Source of the DNA: Tubulanus polymorphus | Taxonomy: Eukaryota > Animalia > Nemertea | Direction: 5' to 3' | Assembly (NCBI RefSeq): GCF_964204645.1 | Contig: NC_134025.1 | Location: forward strand, 11,780,001-11,844,000 | DNA length: 64,000 nucleotides | Shown here: one piece after another, positions 1 through 11,810 of the stretch | Layout of the letters: each line of letters starts with the position of its first letter | Position numbering within the stretch: the stretch's first letter is position 1 | Notes under the pieces: model-generated | What the model saw: the letters and a program-made list of their open reading frames with translations, nothing else | Database searches by the model: none | What the model was told of the DNA's origin: nothing | Translations under genes and position numbers: made by a program

Positions 1-64
1 ATTTAGCAATCAACGCTCAATTTTGAATAGGCCAAATCAGGGAAATGCCATGGGACCTCATCAT

Positions 65-1065
65 GGTATACCACTTAATATTCTTATTGACACCGGCGCG
101 GAAATATCAGTTTTAAATAGTGGTTGTTTACATAGGAATTCGCAGATTCAGTCAGGTGAAACGCGAGAAGGACTATCCCATTCTGCTCGTGGGGTAGATG
201 GTAGTAAGTTTGGAGGAGTAACTTGCGAGGATTAGCAGACATAAAATTCCAGCTGGGTAATCTAGATCTCACCCATTCTATGTATATTGTCGATGACGTG
301 AGCTCCGATGTTATTCTCGGAGCAGACTTCCTAGAACAGCAACATGCTGTTATTGATTACAGCAAGAAAGCTTTCCTGCTGCCAGGTGCCAACACCATCC
401 ATTTTAGTAGCTATACAGTCAAATTAGGAAAACCCTCGACAGTTAAAGTGACCGAAATGACAATTGTCCCACCTTTGTGTGAAGTTATTGTGAAAGGGAA
501 CTGTTCGTCGGACAAACCTCCAGCGCCGTTTGCTGTATTTGAGCCATCTAACCATCTACGCACTCAGGATTTGTTAGGTGCTAGGTCAGTAGTTGATGTC
601 ACTTCAACAGGGATTCCCATTAGCGTCATGAAATCAAGGGGGATTTTGGCCAGCTTCCAAGGCCACCGGAGGTCAATTTTACTCGGGTTAACGAGCCGCA
701 GACATCAGCTGACATACGACTACCGGAGACGATCTAGTCGAGTCAGACCTGACGCTGTCACAACGAACGAAACTTTGTAAGTTACTCCACTCATACAAGG
801 ATGTTTTTGCTAGGTCCCCAGATGAATTGGGTAAGATGGTCTTTGTCAAACACGTTATAGACACCGGAGATGCACCCCCTATTCTGAAGAGGCCATATAG
901 GGCAACCCCTCGTATGCAGGAAGTCATCGACACTCATGTCAAACAATGTTGGACAACGGAATTGTTCAATATAGTACGAGCCCTTGGGCTGCTCCAGTGG
1001 CTGTCCAGAAAAAGAGCCCAGACTGCGAGGTCAAGTGGCGATTTTGTGTAGATTATATAGGACTC
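65..1065 (+). pseudogene. pol: Ty3/Gypsy pol fragment (aspartic protease plus start of reverse transcriptase), frameshifted and truncated
   Basis: LIDTGAEISVL protease motif, then VILGADFL; KHVIDTGDAPPILKRPYR; MLDNGIVQYSTSPWAAPV...WRFCVDY (RT N-terminus), spread over several frames; breaks off before the YxDD motif. Confidence 0.93.
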
Positions 1066-1086
1066 AAAGAAATGTTTCCGAGGGGT

Positions 1087-1336
1087 TGTAAAGACGGCCA
1101 ACCATGTAGTATTAGGAAAATAATTATATTCATTCCATAATTTATGTGTAAAAGCAGCTATATAGCAGAGCCAATTCGAGCCAATTCATATAAGGAGGGG
1201 CCCGAAACAGAGAGACAGAGAGCGAGGGAGACAGAGAGACACACCGGAACTGGAGAACAGCCCTGGGAACAGAATAGAAATGAAAGCTATACTATTCACT
1301 GGAGAAGATTTCTTTTAACGTTTCATTTTACTATCA
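1087..1336 (+). mobile_element. Putative LTR (family A)
   Basis: Purine tract (CGAGGGGT) directly before TGTAAAG; TATA-like CATATAAGG; followed by a PBS-like sequence and a gag ORF; 3' end approximate. Confidence 0.6.
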
Positions 1337-1337
1337 C

Positions 1338-1357
1338 CGGTGGAGAACAACCGGGCA
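1338..1357 (+). promoter_or_regulatory. Primer-binding site, tRNA-Ala type
   Basis: CGGTGGAGAACAACCGGGCA resembles the complement of the tRNA-Ala 3' end (TGGTGGAGAATGCGGGCA type); lies between the LTR and gag. Confidence 0.6.
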
Positions 1358-1427
1358 ACGTCACAGACAAGTAACTAGTGCGACATCGGAACAAGTGAGT
1401 TTTAGTTTTCAAACGGAATTTGACAGA

Positions 1428-2310
1428 ATGAATGTGCCAATTTTAACGTTGTCAGGGTCTGTAGAAAAGAGCGATAATGGTGGACAGGCATTAGCACCTG
1501 GTCTACCCGATTTGCAGTTGCAGCTAATGCAGCTGCAGGCGCAAATTGCATCGCTTGTTTCAGACACGTTTGACAAGCTACCGTTCAAACTGGATGACAC
1601 ATTTTCGGGTAACTCAGACGAAGACGTAAATAGTTTTCTTAGGGATTTCGAAGCTAGAGTCAATTTTGGGGGATGGAAAAAGTCGATGGCTGTAGTGGCT
1701 TTTCCGATGTGCTTAAGCGGAAGAGCTAAAAATTATTTTTATGAGTTAAAAGATCAAAGTAAGGACGAACAAGGAAGTGCCACAGATGTTAATTTAGAAA
1801 ATTTTTATAAATTGTTTAAAGAGAAGTTCGGTGGTAAAGACATGTAATGGGTTTTACAATCGGAATTTTATTCAATTGAAATGAAGGAAGGAGAATCATT
1901 AGATTCTTACATATCTCGAGTGGTTGGGGTGGCTACTAGGCTACGCAAAAGGGGCGATGATATTTTGCAACCCTTTATTCACGGGTTACTACCGAATACT
2001 AAGGCATTTGTGCTGGGAAAGTGCCCAACTTCGTTAGACCAGGCGATAAATTATGCGTGTCTGGCGGTGGAGTTCGATCAACTAGTACCAGCAAAAAGCC
2101 CAGGTGAGGTCTTTTAACCTCGACTACTCGCGGCAGGTTGCGTTGAACAGGAGGTTAAAGGATTCAACGAAAAATTAAGCCAGCTGTTATCACTACAGAG
2201 AAATAACGATGGTGGCGACCAGCGGAGACCGATAAGGTAATCCGATGGTCATCCCTATTGTGGAAACTGTAAAACTACTGGCCATACTACAGCTATGTGT
2301 AGGCGAAACT
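1428..2310 (+). pseudogene. gag: Ty3/Gypsy gag with CCHC zinc knuckle; premature stop and frameshifts
   Basis: FSGNSDEDVNSFLRDFE...GW...LSGRAKNYF; in-frame TAA at 1845-1847; then KEGESLDSY...FIHGLLP...PTSLDQAI; CGNCKTTGHTTAMC (CX2CX4HX4C) at 2259-2300. Confidence 0.9.
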
Positions 2311-3299
2311 GCCACGTCGCGCGAGCGCCAACTATGTTAAATTCCCTTTTATGATAACAGCAACTGTTTAAATTTATTAATTCAGTAATTATAGTCCGTC
2401 CCTGGTAGCAACTGCAACTAATGTGAAAACCACATGCTGATTTGATATTAAAACAATGATTTATGGAACTGGCGACCCCAAACTGAATGGTTTTCAAAGC
2501 TGAATTAGTTTGGTTCGAACTGAGTTTATTGCCGATACCAGGAACTATGAATTTGCTCCAAACCTATAGCTGCTGTTACACATAAATTATGGAATGAATA
2601 TAATTATTTTCCTAATAGTAGATAAATGTTCGTATAGGTGGGGGGGAAGTTTATAATACTGTATAAATCACGTCATATTCGGCAGTTCTTGCAGGAATCG
2701 ACTAATGAGAGTTTTAATAATATGATATATAGCCCATGTATTATGTATATTATATATTGTCTTCATTTCACCTCCTCATACATTTCATTTAGAGAGTTGA
2801 ACCGCCGGTCAGTTTACTATATCGGGTAATGAAATACGATCCCGACGGTAATATTCTCTACTCCCATCATTTTAGAATATAGTAGTACCCCTCCCTCGAT
2901 CATCGCCTCCACACTCATCCGGACCAGTCGGTAATAGATGCACAATACATATATCCAAATTCACGATTGGTTATTTCTATATTTCACGGACAATCATGTT
3001 ACGGACAACACATCTGAGGTAATTACCCAAATATCAAATACGTGTTTTTCCTTCTTTTTTTCCCTCTTTCAGACACTTTCACAGGAAAACTAATCAGTGT
3101 AAGTATAAAGTTTCATTATTCTACCACAGGGGGGGGGGGTTTCAGGTTTAAATACGAACAGTTCTATTGCTTTTAGGTACATGTAAGCCAAACATATAAA
3201 CGTTATCGTAGTTCAATAATTCTTCGTGGGAGGAGAAATTTATTTGAATGAAGTAATCATTGCGGTTTGAATTACGTTATTACACGTAAAATTTGTGGG

Positions 3300-5090
3300 G
3301 AGCTAACATATCACGTATCTAGGAATATATCAATCGTTGTCCATCTGAGAAGAAACATTCGCTACTGGTGTTCACGCGATGGGAAAAAACAACTATTCAA
3401 TCATTTACGTGTAGAACTCGAAGACTTTTAAATACCACCATTGGAAAAACTCTATTTTTCAGAGATTAATGTCATTAATATTCAATCGATATTAACGCTA
3501 CGGTGTACAGATATATCCGAGAAGCGTCCTTAGTTAAACATTATCTCCAAACAAAAACTGTTAGATTTGCGCTCACAGAAATACCGACATTCATAGAAAC
3601 TATCGAGAGCAATAATTATTTCTCGCTCAAATTCAATAAATCGTCTACAGCATTAATATCGAAAGAAAAGATTTGTCTTGTGAGTGATTCATTCGTTAGA
3701 CAGATTGTCTTCTTGCGTAAAGTATCTCAAAATTCTGAATACGCTAATAGATCTGGAAGAAACGTTATGAAAATGGATTCGGATACACTCGTCCGGCTCG
3801 TCGAAAAATTGTCAAAAAACAATTTATCGACGAGAAAGTAACTAGCATTATGAAAAACTATATAGATAAAAACATAGAAAGAAAAGAGACACTTTGAACT
3901 CTTTTTTCGAAACGCTCACAAATTTGGGGAGCGTAGACTTGTCAATTTACCACTTGGGCGAGAAAAGCGCGATAACAGAAAAAAATATGAAATATTTGGA
4001 AATAATATAAGACGACGATACTGATTTAGTGATACGTCAGCTCGAGGGTAAACCAACGGAGTAGCAACAAGAAACAATCACACAGTCAATCGGCTTCAGT
4101 AGAAAGAAAATGCGCACGCACCAAATCTATATCACCATCGCCGGTGCGCGGCGATTCCAGCGAGCTTTCTAGCGAAGGGGTAGAAGAGCAAGAAGAGGAA
4201 AATGAAGATGAGGGAAAAAGTCACAGCAAGACCACTACTCTATCGAGGGGAGTAACTTCCTCACCACAACCGGTATCCGCGGGAGCCAAAATTGATTTTT
4301 TTCGAACACGTGCACACGGATGATTTTTTTTCGATCCAATTTCCAAATGATGATGATTTGGAAAAATTACAAGAAATAGCAGACGATGAAAGCTTTCAAA
4401 TCGATACATGCAGTTAAGCAAATTGCAAAAACAATTAAACAATAATAACAAAATAAAAAGCATCTGCGCAGAAAAGAAAGACGTGGATAGGTTGATAAAC
4501 GCTTTTATCAACCTATCCATTAATGAGAAGAGCGGACGAAATTCCCTCACCAAAATATCCGCGTGGGGGAAAAAATTGTCCGTGCACGCAGATGCGGTTA
4601 TAAAACTGGAATTAGATCTTGAAAATTCGTTTTTAAATTTGAAAAATGCGTTGGAAATCTGCCACGAGAAATCCACCGCTCTAGCCACGCAGGTGGAATG
4701 TTCGAAGAAGACGCATAGATTTATGAATTATTTTGAAAATGATTGCCTCTCTTCCAAATTTCAGATGAATTAACTAAACCGATAGGAAAACCACGCGCAA
4801 TTGGGGTGATATTTCGCAGAAATAGCAGCCAAGGAATCGGGTGCTTTTTTACGCATGATTCCCTTCTTAGGAATCCCATATATAATGCTACTGGGATGAA
4901 TGAAGGCAGATCGGATTCAACTCTTAAAACTTGGTATAGCGGTCCGCACAGGGAATGGTGTGCTAATACGAAGTGTGAAATTCCAGACAGCTGCTTTGAT
5001 AAAAAATTGCAAGCGATGAAAACATTGAACATACACATCTAATCACTAGGCAAATGGGAGAATCGTGCTGGAATACGACCTTGGGTGAGT
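3300..5090 (+). pseudogene. Decayed long ORF of unknown family within the retroelement mosaic
   Basis: Consecutive + strand protein-like frames (3503-3841, acidic SSEGVEEQEEENEDE tract near 4170-4215, 4408-4773, 4743-5042) joinable by frameshifts; boundaries approximate. Confidence 0.5.
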
Positions 5091-7308
5091 TAAATGGACT
5101 GCTATTTTTGAATGTAAATGTAATAGTGATATTTCGAATTTTGCATGTTTTAACTGTTTATACATAAAATCATACTTAACGTTTTAAGTTGCTATGAGTG
5201 CTGGGTTATTGGATCTAGCTATAAATACACTCTCTCTCTCTCTCTCTCTTTATGAGTCTACGTAAGAATCTTGCTTATCAGTGTTACGATAGTGTGAAAG
5301 CGCTCACCGCCTGTATATACCTAACACATTACTGTGTCTATGTGGTTTTGGAATTCAATGAGTATTGCGAGTTAGTAGAATATGTTAATTGTGCGAAGGT
5401 TAGATTGGGCACTCAGTGGTTAAACCTACCGGGAGGGTTTATATGGAGTTGGTTATATGATGAATTAAGGTGGACCACAGGAACCTAAATGAAGCGTAAG
5501 GGATGCTGTAGGGTGGTCCAGAATAAAACGGGGGTTAGAGCCCAAATGATGAATTATGAAGATCCTTTGAAACATTTGAATGTTTAGTGGTTAGCCTCTG
5601 TGGGAGATTGGATATATATGTTGGGCATTATTAGGGTCGAATATCATAATTACCAAATGGGTAATTCGTCGGCCGGTTCCCTATTTATCCATTGTTTTGT
5701 ATTTGTTTTTTACTCCGGTAAGGCGTGACATGGGGATGATACAGAGGAGAGTAAAGTCACGATATGGATATTTATTAGGTATGCTGAAATGAACGCTCAC
5801 GAAGATTTTTATTGAATGGTCGTAGGTGGCAGGTGATGTGTGGCCATGTTTTTTCCAAACTGTCATTGACAACTTGACCGGTTTATATATAGGATGAGTC
5901 AGCCGTTTGACAGGTGAGGTTATATCCCCTGATTTGCGGGAGGAATTAGAACAATTCGAATATTAGATGCCGGATGTTTTAAAAGATGCCCAAAAGTTTA
6001 AGATAATTTTCGAGAATCGGCTGTTTAAGTGGCATTGGATAAGTTGTGTCTAGAGGAATTTTGCCCTTACTGTTGGGTGGTGCATCCTAATGAGGTAGTT
6101 TTGTTGTTAGCTAATGACATCCTTCCATAGATTTATGGCAGCCAGCCTGTCCGTTTTCAATGACTCTAAGCCACAAATAGCAGTACATGTTATCCCTACC
6201 TAGACTACGGATGAATGTGCTTTCTGAGGCAATGGGTGGGGACTAGCAGCTGACATCTCAACAATACGGTGTACACATGCGATATATTCATTTTTAGTAT
6301 ATCTTGGCTTACCTTTGTTTTAAGAGCTCATTAAAATTATTATGAAATTGTGAATTTGTTGTCAAGATTGTATGTTGCCAAAATTTCTGTGCACATGATA
6401 ATCAACTAAATGATGTAATTGGCATCTGTATTAATTTACGTCGTTGATTGGGGTCGGGACAGATTTGGCAAATCATCTGATATTGGTTAATTAAGGTAGC
6501 GGCTGATTGTTGGAAATTAACATGTTTATGATGAAGATTCTAGAAATCATAAGCATTACCTACAATGCTCTTTTTGGCAATAATTACGAGAATAGTCGGA
6601 GAATATTAGTGAGTGATAATATATCGTTATATCATTCAGCTATATATGTGGATATAGAAAAATAGGTGATTGATCGTTTATGTTGTACTGATTCCAGCGA
6701 CCCTGATAGCTATTTGGAAGTTGCGTTTTATAAGTTGGTTTGCATGATCTTTATGTGTACATGTGATTAACACTTTCATGGAAATGGACTGAAGTACATT
6801 TAATATATTTGCAATTAATTATATGTATTTTTAATATCGAGGCTTTCTAATGTTATTTGGTTCAAATTTTAAAGTGATAAATAGCGTAAGAGTAGCTCAT
6901 ACAAATAAAATCGAATCATAAATCGGTGCAGACTGATGGATGTATTAAAGTAGTAAGGCTATTTGTTTAATTGCATGAATTATATTGTATTGGCTTATTC
7001 TCATTAAGAGGTAAGGTCAATATACAAATTAAAAGGTATGTATGCACATGTCTCATAATTGCTAGATATTACTAAGGGAAGAATGGAATGTCCATCCGAT
7101 ATTTGATATAAATGGTTAATTGCACTTAGTTAAATTGCATGTATTAACAACATATTTCTCTCTCCCTCCAATTTCGCAATATAATTCGGAGTTTTGGTTC
7201 GTGAAGTAAATGTAAGTACTGTTTTTTGTTGTTATTAAGAAGTTGGGAAAAGTTATCTCATAGTTGCAGTTCCTCCATCATTGCCATGATATCTTTTAGA
7301 TTAATAAA

Positions 7309-8035
7309 ATGTCATACGTGTCAAGAAGCGACAGAGAAACACCAGAAAGTGAAGAGGAGTCAACAGGAATGGATGTTGAAACTCAAAGAGGAACCAACAG
7401 AAATGGATGTTGAATTTCAAGATACACAAGAGATCGACGAAGAAACTGTACAAGAATTGCAAAATCATTCAGACTACCACCATTTATTGGTGTCAATGTT
7501 GAGCGATGTGATACGAAACAAACAATTATCTCGTGTGTCATCATTGCCAAAATTACCAACAACAGATCTAAAGATATTGTTAGGGCTAAAGGAATCAAAA
7601 ACTAAAACAAAGAAAATGAGTGGAAATGAGTTGCATGAGTTTTTGAAATCAAAAATAACGAATGAACCAGATTTAAGCTTTAAAGAAATAGAAGGTGTCG
7701 TTTCATTTGCCGAAATTACTGTTTTATTAAAAACAAGCTATAGAACCTTATCAATTAAAAAAGCAAAACATCTATGGGATCATATAATTTTCGGGGATTA
7801 TTTAAATAGAGGGTTTTCAACGATAGACAAACTGGGGATTTCTTGGGCTTCTTGGGTAAAAAGAAACATAAGTATTAGTGCCGGGTATGATAGAAAATTA
7901 AGAAGAGTAGGTAAATTATTTATGTAAAAAATTTTCAATCATTGAGTTTGTCATTTTCTGATATTTTCTGTTAAATATTTACAGGAAATTGAAAAAATGC
8001 TTGAAAATAATTCAGAATTCTGGCTGAAATTATAA
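7309..8035 (+). pseudogene. Frameshifted accessory gene: acidic N-terminus plus helical C-terminal domain
   Basis: ATG at 7309 (MSYVSRSDRETPESEEE) shifts into the 233-aa ORF (..IFGDYLNRGF..SWASWVKRNISISAGYDRKLRRVGKLF) and again to ..EIEKMLENNSEFWLKL*; AATAAA at 8183. Confidence 0.6.
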
Positions 8036-8382
8036 ATTTTATCATTACGACGCTGAACATCCTTGTATATAAATTCGCGCTTGTGTAAATCTGCTATAAT
8101 ATTATATTGTTATGTGTATGGTTATATTGATTTCTAAGCGAAGCTTGGCGAATGTTCTATGTTTTATCATTGTAGTTTGCAGAATAAATATATAATTGTG
8201 ATTGGTACTAGGTGGTTTTGACATAATGATTTATATGCAGTCTTATAAGACCGCTTTGGATATTGCAACCCTAAGATTCACTAGCTTAAGCACATGCACA
8301 TGGTTTTGGGCCTGACGGTGGACAAACGAAGTTAAACGAAAGCAAATGAATTAGAATTACCTGCACACGTGACGCTAAGTAC

Positions 8383-8820
8383 ATTGAAGGTGTTGAAGTT
8401 GACCCCGAAAAGATTTCAGCTGTTGTCAACTACAAAGCTCCTAAAACAGTTAAACAGATACGCAGTTTTGTTGGTCTTGTGTCCTATTATCGGGTTCAAG
8501 ATATTGTGTTCACAAAGACAAACGGTAATTTGTATATTACAGTTAACATCCCATTATCCTCGACCAAAGCATTCTCCGGCTTACATAAAGTAATGAATTT
8601 TCCTGTTCCTGGCAATTCTCCGTTGACTCCCAGTGCGTTTTTCACTGCATTACCCGATTATTTTGGTATACAAACGATGGCCAGTTTTATACTGAACTTT
8701 CGTCCAAATTCTATTCCTCATGTTCAAGAAAATATCTAAAATCTTGCACGACTGCGATGTCAATGAAGTCACGAAATATTCCTAACTGCGCATTGGCACT
8801 TTATAGGGATGAGCATACTA
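8383..8820 (+). pseudogene. RT C-terminal fragment fused in frame to an internal env fragment
   Basis: GVEVDPEKISAVVNYKAPKTVKQIRSFVGLVSYYR (Gypsy RT thumb) runs into VQDIVFTKTNGNLYITVNIPL..FPVP..LPDYF, then (frameshift) FYTELSSKFYSSC..KSC..CALALY (F-type env). Confidence 0.85.
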
Positions 8821-8844
8821 CTGGGTTTTTTGAGGGAATGTGGT

Positions 8845-9160
8845 GCATGTGTAAGAGAGTACATGAACCATGACTTGCAAGGAAAGAAAGTACAAGGACC
8901 ATGACTTGCATGGGTAAGAGAGTACATGAACCATGACTTGCAAGGGAAGAGAGTACAAGGACCATGACTTGCATTGATAAGAGAGTACATAGACCGTGAC
9001 TTGCATTGATAAGAGAGTACATGGACTATGACTTGCAAGGAAAAGGAGTAAATGGATCATGACTTGCAAGGGAAGAGAGTACATGGACCATGACTTGCAT
9101 GGGGAAGAGAATACATAGACCATGACTTGCACGGGTAAGAGAGGGCAGTTTCTTGCAAGT
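8845..9160. repeat. 31/32-bp minisatellite array 1 (about 9-10 units)
   Basis: Consensus AAGAGAGTACATGGACCATGACTTGCAAGGG; mixed 31- and 32-bp units. Confidence 0.95.
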
Positions 9161-9184
9161 GTCTCTTCTTTCCACCTTTTGTAG

Positions 9185-9735
9185 GCTGCCTCATCCTTTC
9201 TATATCTCCAACACGGCAAATGCCTCCAACACGGCAAATGCGATGATGACTCAGGTGTGTCAAGTTGTGGGTATGGTGTATTGTTCGAGAAAGTGGCCAC
9301 CATTGACAATGGTCATTCCGATTGGCTGCACACCATGGTCATACCCTGGATACAAGTTCAACCCGTCAACTTAGACATGCCAATGTGTGATCGTAACGAT
9401 GAAGTTTGCAATAGTTTTACTGACACCCTCAAATTTTTGGTATCTAAACATAATGCTTTGATCGAGAGTGTTCAAACTAACATGAGAACGGTTCAGAAAT
9501 TGATTCCAAGTACGGATGCGCCGAGGAATAGTAGGGCTAAATGTACTGCTGGGTTTTTTGCTAGTGTTTTTAAATCATTATTCAGCACTGCGCTTGTTGA
9601 CAATGTCCTGCAAGTACAGGATCATGTCAATCGGGTGGAAAAATTGACGAAATTAAATACGAAACAAATAAATTCTTTGACGAAACGTTTGGTCCATTTG
9701 CAGGGGCTGTTGATAAACGTATTGATAACTCCATG
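9185..9735 (+). pseudogene. env: env N-terminal fragment (F-type class I fusion protein of errantivirus-like element)
   Basis: Frame open from AG acceptor at 9184; YGVLF..WLHTMVI; Cys pair; RNSRAKC (degenerate R-x-K-R furin site) followed by fusion-peptide-like GFFASVFKSLFSTA and a heptad region. Confidence 0.8.
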
Positions 9736-10125
9736 TCCTGGAACTGGAACTTCACTGGAAATCGGAACTGGAACTCGAGAAATTTTATTCTATATGCAGT
9801 CAGTTCAGTTCACATAACTGTATGAAAAATTATATAAAAAACTTATTCAACTTGATATGACATCGATGTAAAGGATTCCAACACAAACAAGCGACGAATA
9901 AACATTTCATGGACATTAATTCAACGTCTCAGACTTTGTTCTTGATCCGGTATACCAGTACTTACATTATGCGATGATACCGTGCATCATCACACTTTGT
10001 CAGGCCCTCACAAGTGCTAGTGCTATGCCATATAAGGTATAATGGCGGGGGCCTCGCCAAACTAGCGGCTGATGTGGGTGTCAGCTACTTCCTCATATCA
10101 GATTATAGATAAGAAGATAAATAAG

Positions 10126-10298
10126 AAGAGAGTACATGGACCATGACTTGCAAGGGAAGAGAGGACATGGATAATGACTTACAAGGGAAGAGAGTACATG
10201 GACCATGACTTGCAAGGGAAGAGAATACATGGACCATGACATGTGAGGGAAGAGAGTACATGGATCATGACTTGCAAGGGAAGAGAAGGCATGGATCG
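10126..10298. repeat. 31-bp minisatellite array 2 (about 5.5 units)
   Basis: Same consensus as array 1. Confidence 0.95.
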
Positions 10299-10669
10299 AG
10301 ATGAAACTTAGGCGATTAAGGGGGGGGTTGAAAACTAATTAAAGAAACATGGACCAATTAGCAAAAGATGCAGCAGTAAACTTTCAGAATCAAAACCATA
10401 ATAACAACATTTATATTATTGAAAATCAAACAACTGATGCCCGTTGGTGCCAATAAGAAGGCATGTTTTTCTGAAAATAAGTCAATCCAAGACATCGTAT
10501 CATGTTTGTAAGTTTGTTTTGTTGCTCATATTCTGTATTAATAATTCTGGAAATAGTGATTTACTGGTTGAGAGTTCTTAGATACCACTGAAGCCTCAGT
10601 TATGCATGTGAAACATTTATTTTATCTTATATTGGAGATTTTAATATGTTAAATATTTTGGGTCTTTTT

Positions 10670-10871
10670 ATGGTCATCTTGCTAATGAGATAGGTTGGGG
10701 GAATGGAATAGATCATTGAGATCAGTTCGTGTATATAGAGAGAACGCTGTGAGATACGTCGAAAAATAACTCTGAAGACAGGAACTCCGTGTGCTGTGAC
10801 TTGTTTTCTTCTCGGACGTTTTGTGGTATTTTCACTCACTCAAGCGAAATTCAAAGATCCCGCTGGTGACA
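10670..10871 (+). mobile_element. LTR family B, diverged copy (5' end uncertain)
   Basis: Homologous to 11167-11483; ends GGTGACA; followed by a PBS. Confidence 0.8.
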
Positions 10872-10873
10872 AA

Positions 10874-10894
10874 TGGTGGAGAACCTGGCGGGCA
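10874..10894 (+). promoter_or_regulatory. Primer-binding site, tRNA-Ala type
   Basis: TGGTGGAGAACCTGGCGGGCA two bases after the LTR end; TGGTGGA is complementary to tRNA-Ala UCCACCA-3'. Confidence 0.8.
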
Positions 10895-11166
10895 TTTCAC
10901 TTGAGTGAGATCGAACTATATATTAAATAGGCTTTAAAAAAAAAAAAACAACGGAAAGTCACTGGAACTTCACTGGAAATCGGAACTGGACCTCGAGAAA
11001 AACACACGTAAGACAATGGATTTTGGTAAATATTGAACAATACTTGTTATTTAATTTTAATTTCATCGTGTGCGTGGAACAATTTTCTGTGGATAGACCG
11101 GATATTTTGCCGTCTCCTCTGGTCTATCATACAATTAATTGACATAATATTGAAGACGCTGGGAAC

Positions 11167-11483
11167 TGTCACGTATAACTTCCTTTTGTAAATATTTGCT
11201 GTTGCACTAACGAGAAATTAATGGCTTTTGGTAATGTCATTCGCTAATGAGATGGGTTGGGGGAATTGACTGAATATACTGGGGATTTTGGACCGTTTGG
11301 GAGACCGCTAGAAATATTCAGATCGTTGAGATCAGTTCGTGTAATAGAGAGAACGCTGTGAGATTCGTCGAATAAAAATGCCTCTGAAGACAGGAACTCT
11401 GTGTGCTGTGCCTTGTTTTCTTCTCGGACGTTTTGTGGTATTTTCACTCACTCAAGCGAAATTCAAACATCCCGTTGGTGACA
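11167..11483 (+). mobile_element. LTR family B, 317 bp
   Basis: TGTCAC...GTGACA inverted termini, internal AATAAA, preceded by GGGAAC; second copy at 13082-13398. Confidence 0.9.
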
Positions 11484-11489
11484 GCATGT

Positions 11490-11810
11490 TAGGGAAGGAC
11501 TTCAGGCAAAGTTTGCAGATTTCAATGTCCAGCACAATGAATTAGCTTTTTATTATCAGGTACAGGATATTTTCACTAAAACGAATAATAATTTATATAT
11601 GACCATCAATATTCCTTTATCCTTGACTAAGGCTTTTTTCGGCTTGTACAATGTGATGGCTTTTCCAGTTCCTTATAATTCTTCGACTACACACATTACT
11701 TTACTATCCGGTTTACCCGATTATTTTGTTATAACAGACGATGGGCAATTTTATACCGAACTTACATCTAAATTTTATTCGTCCTGTTAAAGAAAATACT
11801 CCTGCACACA
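11490..11810 (+). pseudogene. env: Internal env fragment
   Basis: HNELAFYYQVQDIFTKTNNNLYMTINIPL..FPVPYNSS..LPDYF..DGQFYTELTSKFYSSC*; paralogous to 8485-8820. Confidence 0.8.

Noticed and set aside
8845-9160. p53 response elements in the repeat (CATG/CTTG cores)
   Set aside because: Core spacing is not 10 bp and flanks violate RRRCWWGYYY
8769-9309. Minus-strand repetitive ORFs (also 11713-12045, 13741-13926, 14129-14398)
   Set aside because: Translations of the minisatellite, open in several frames; no coding evidence
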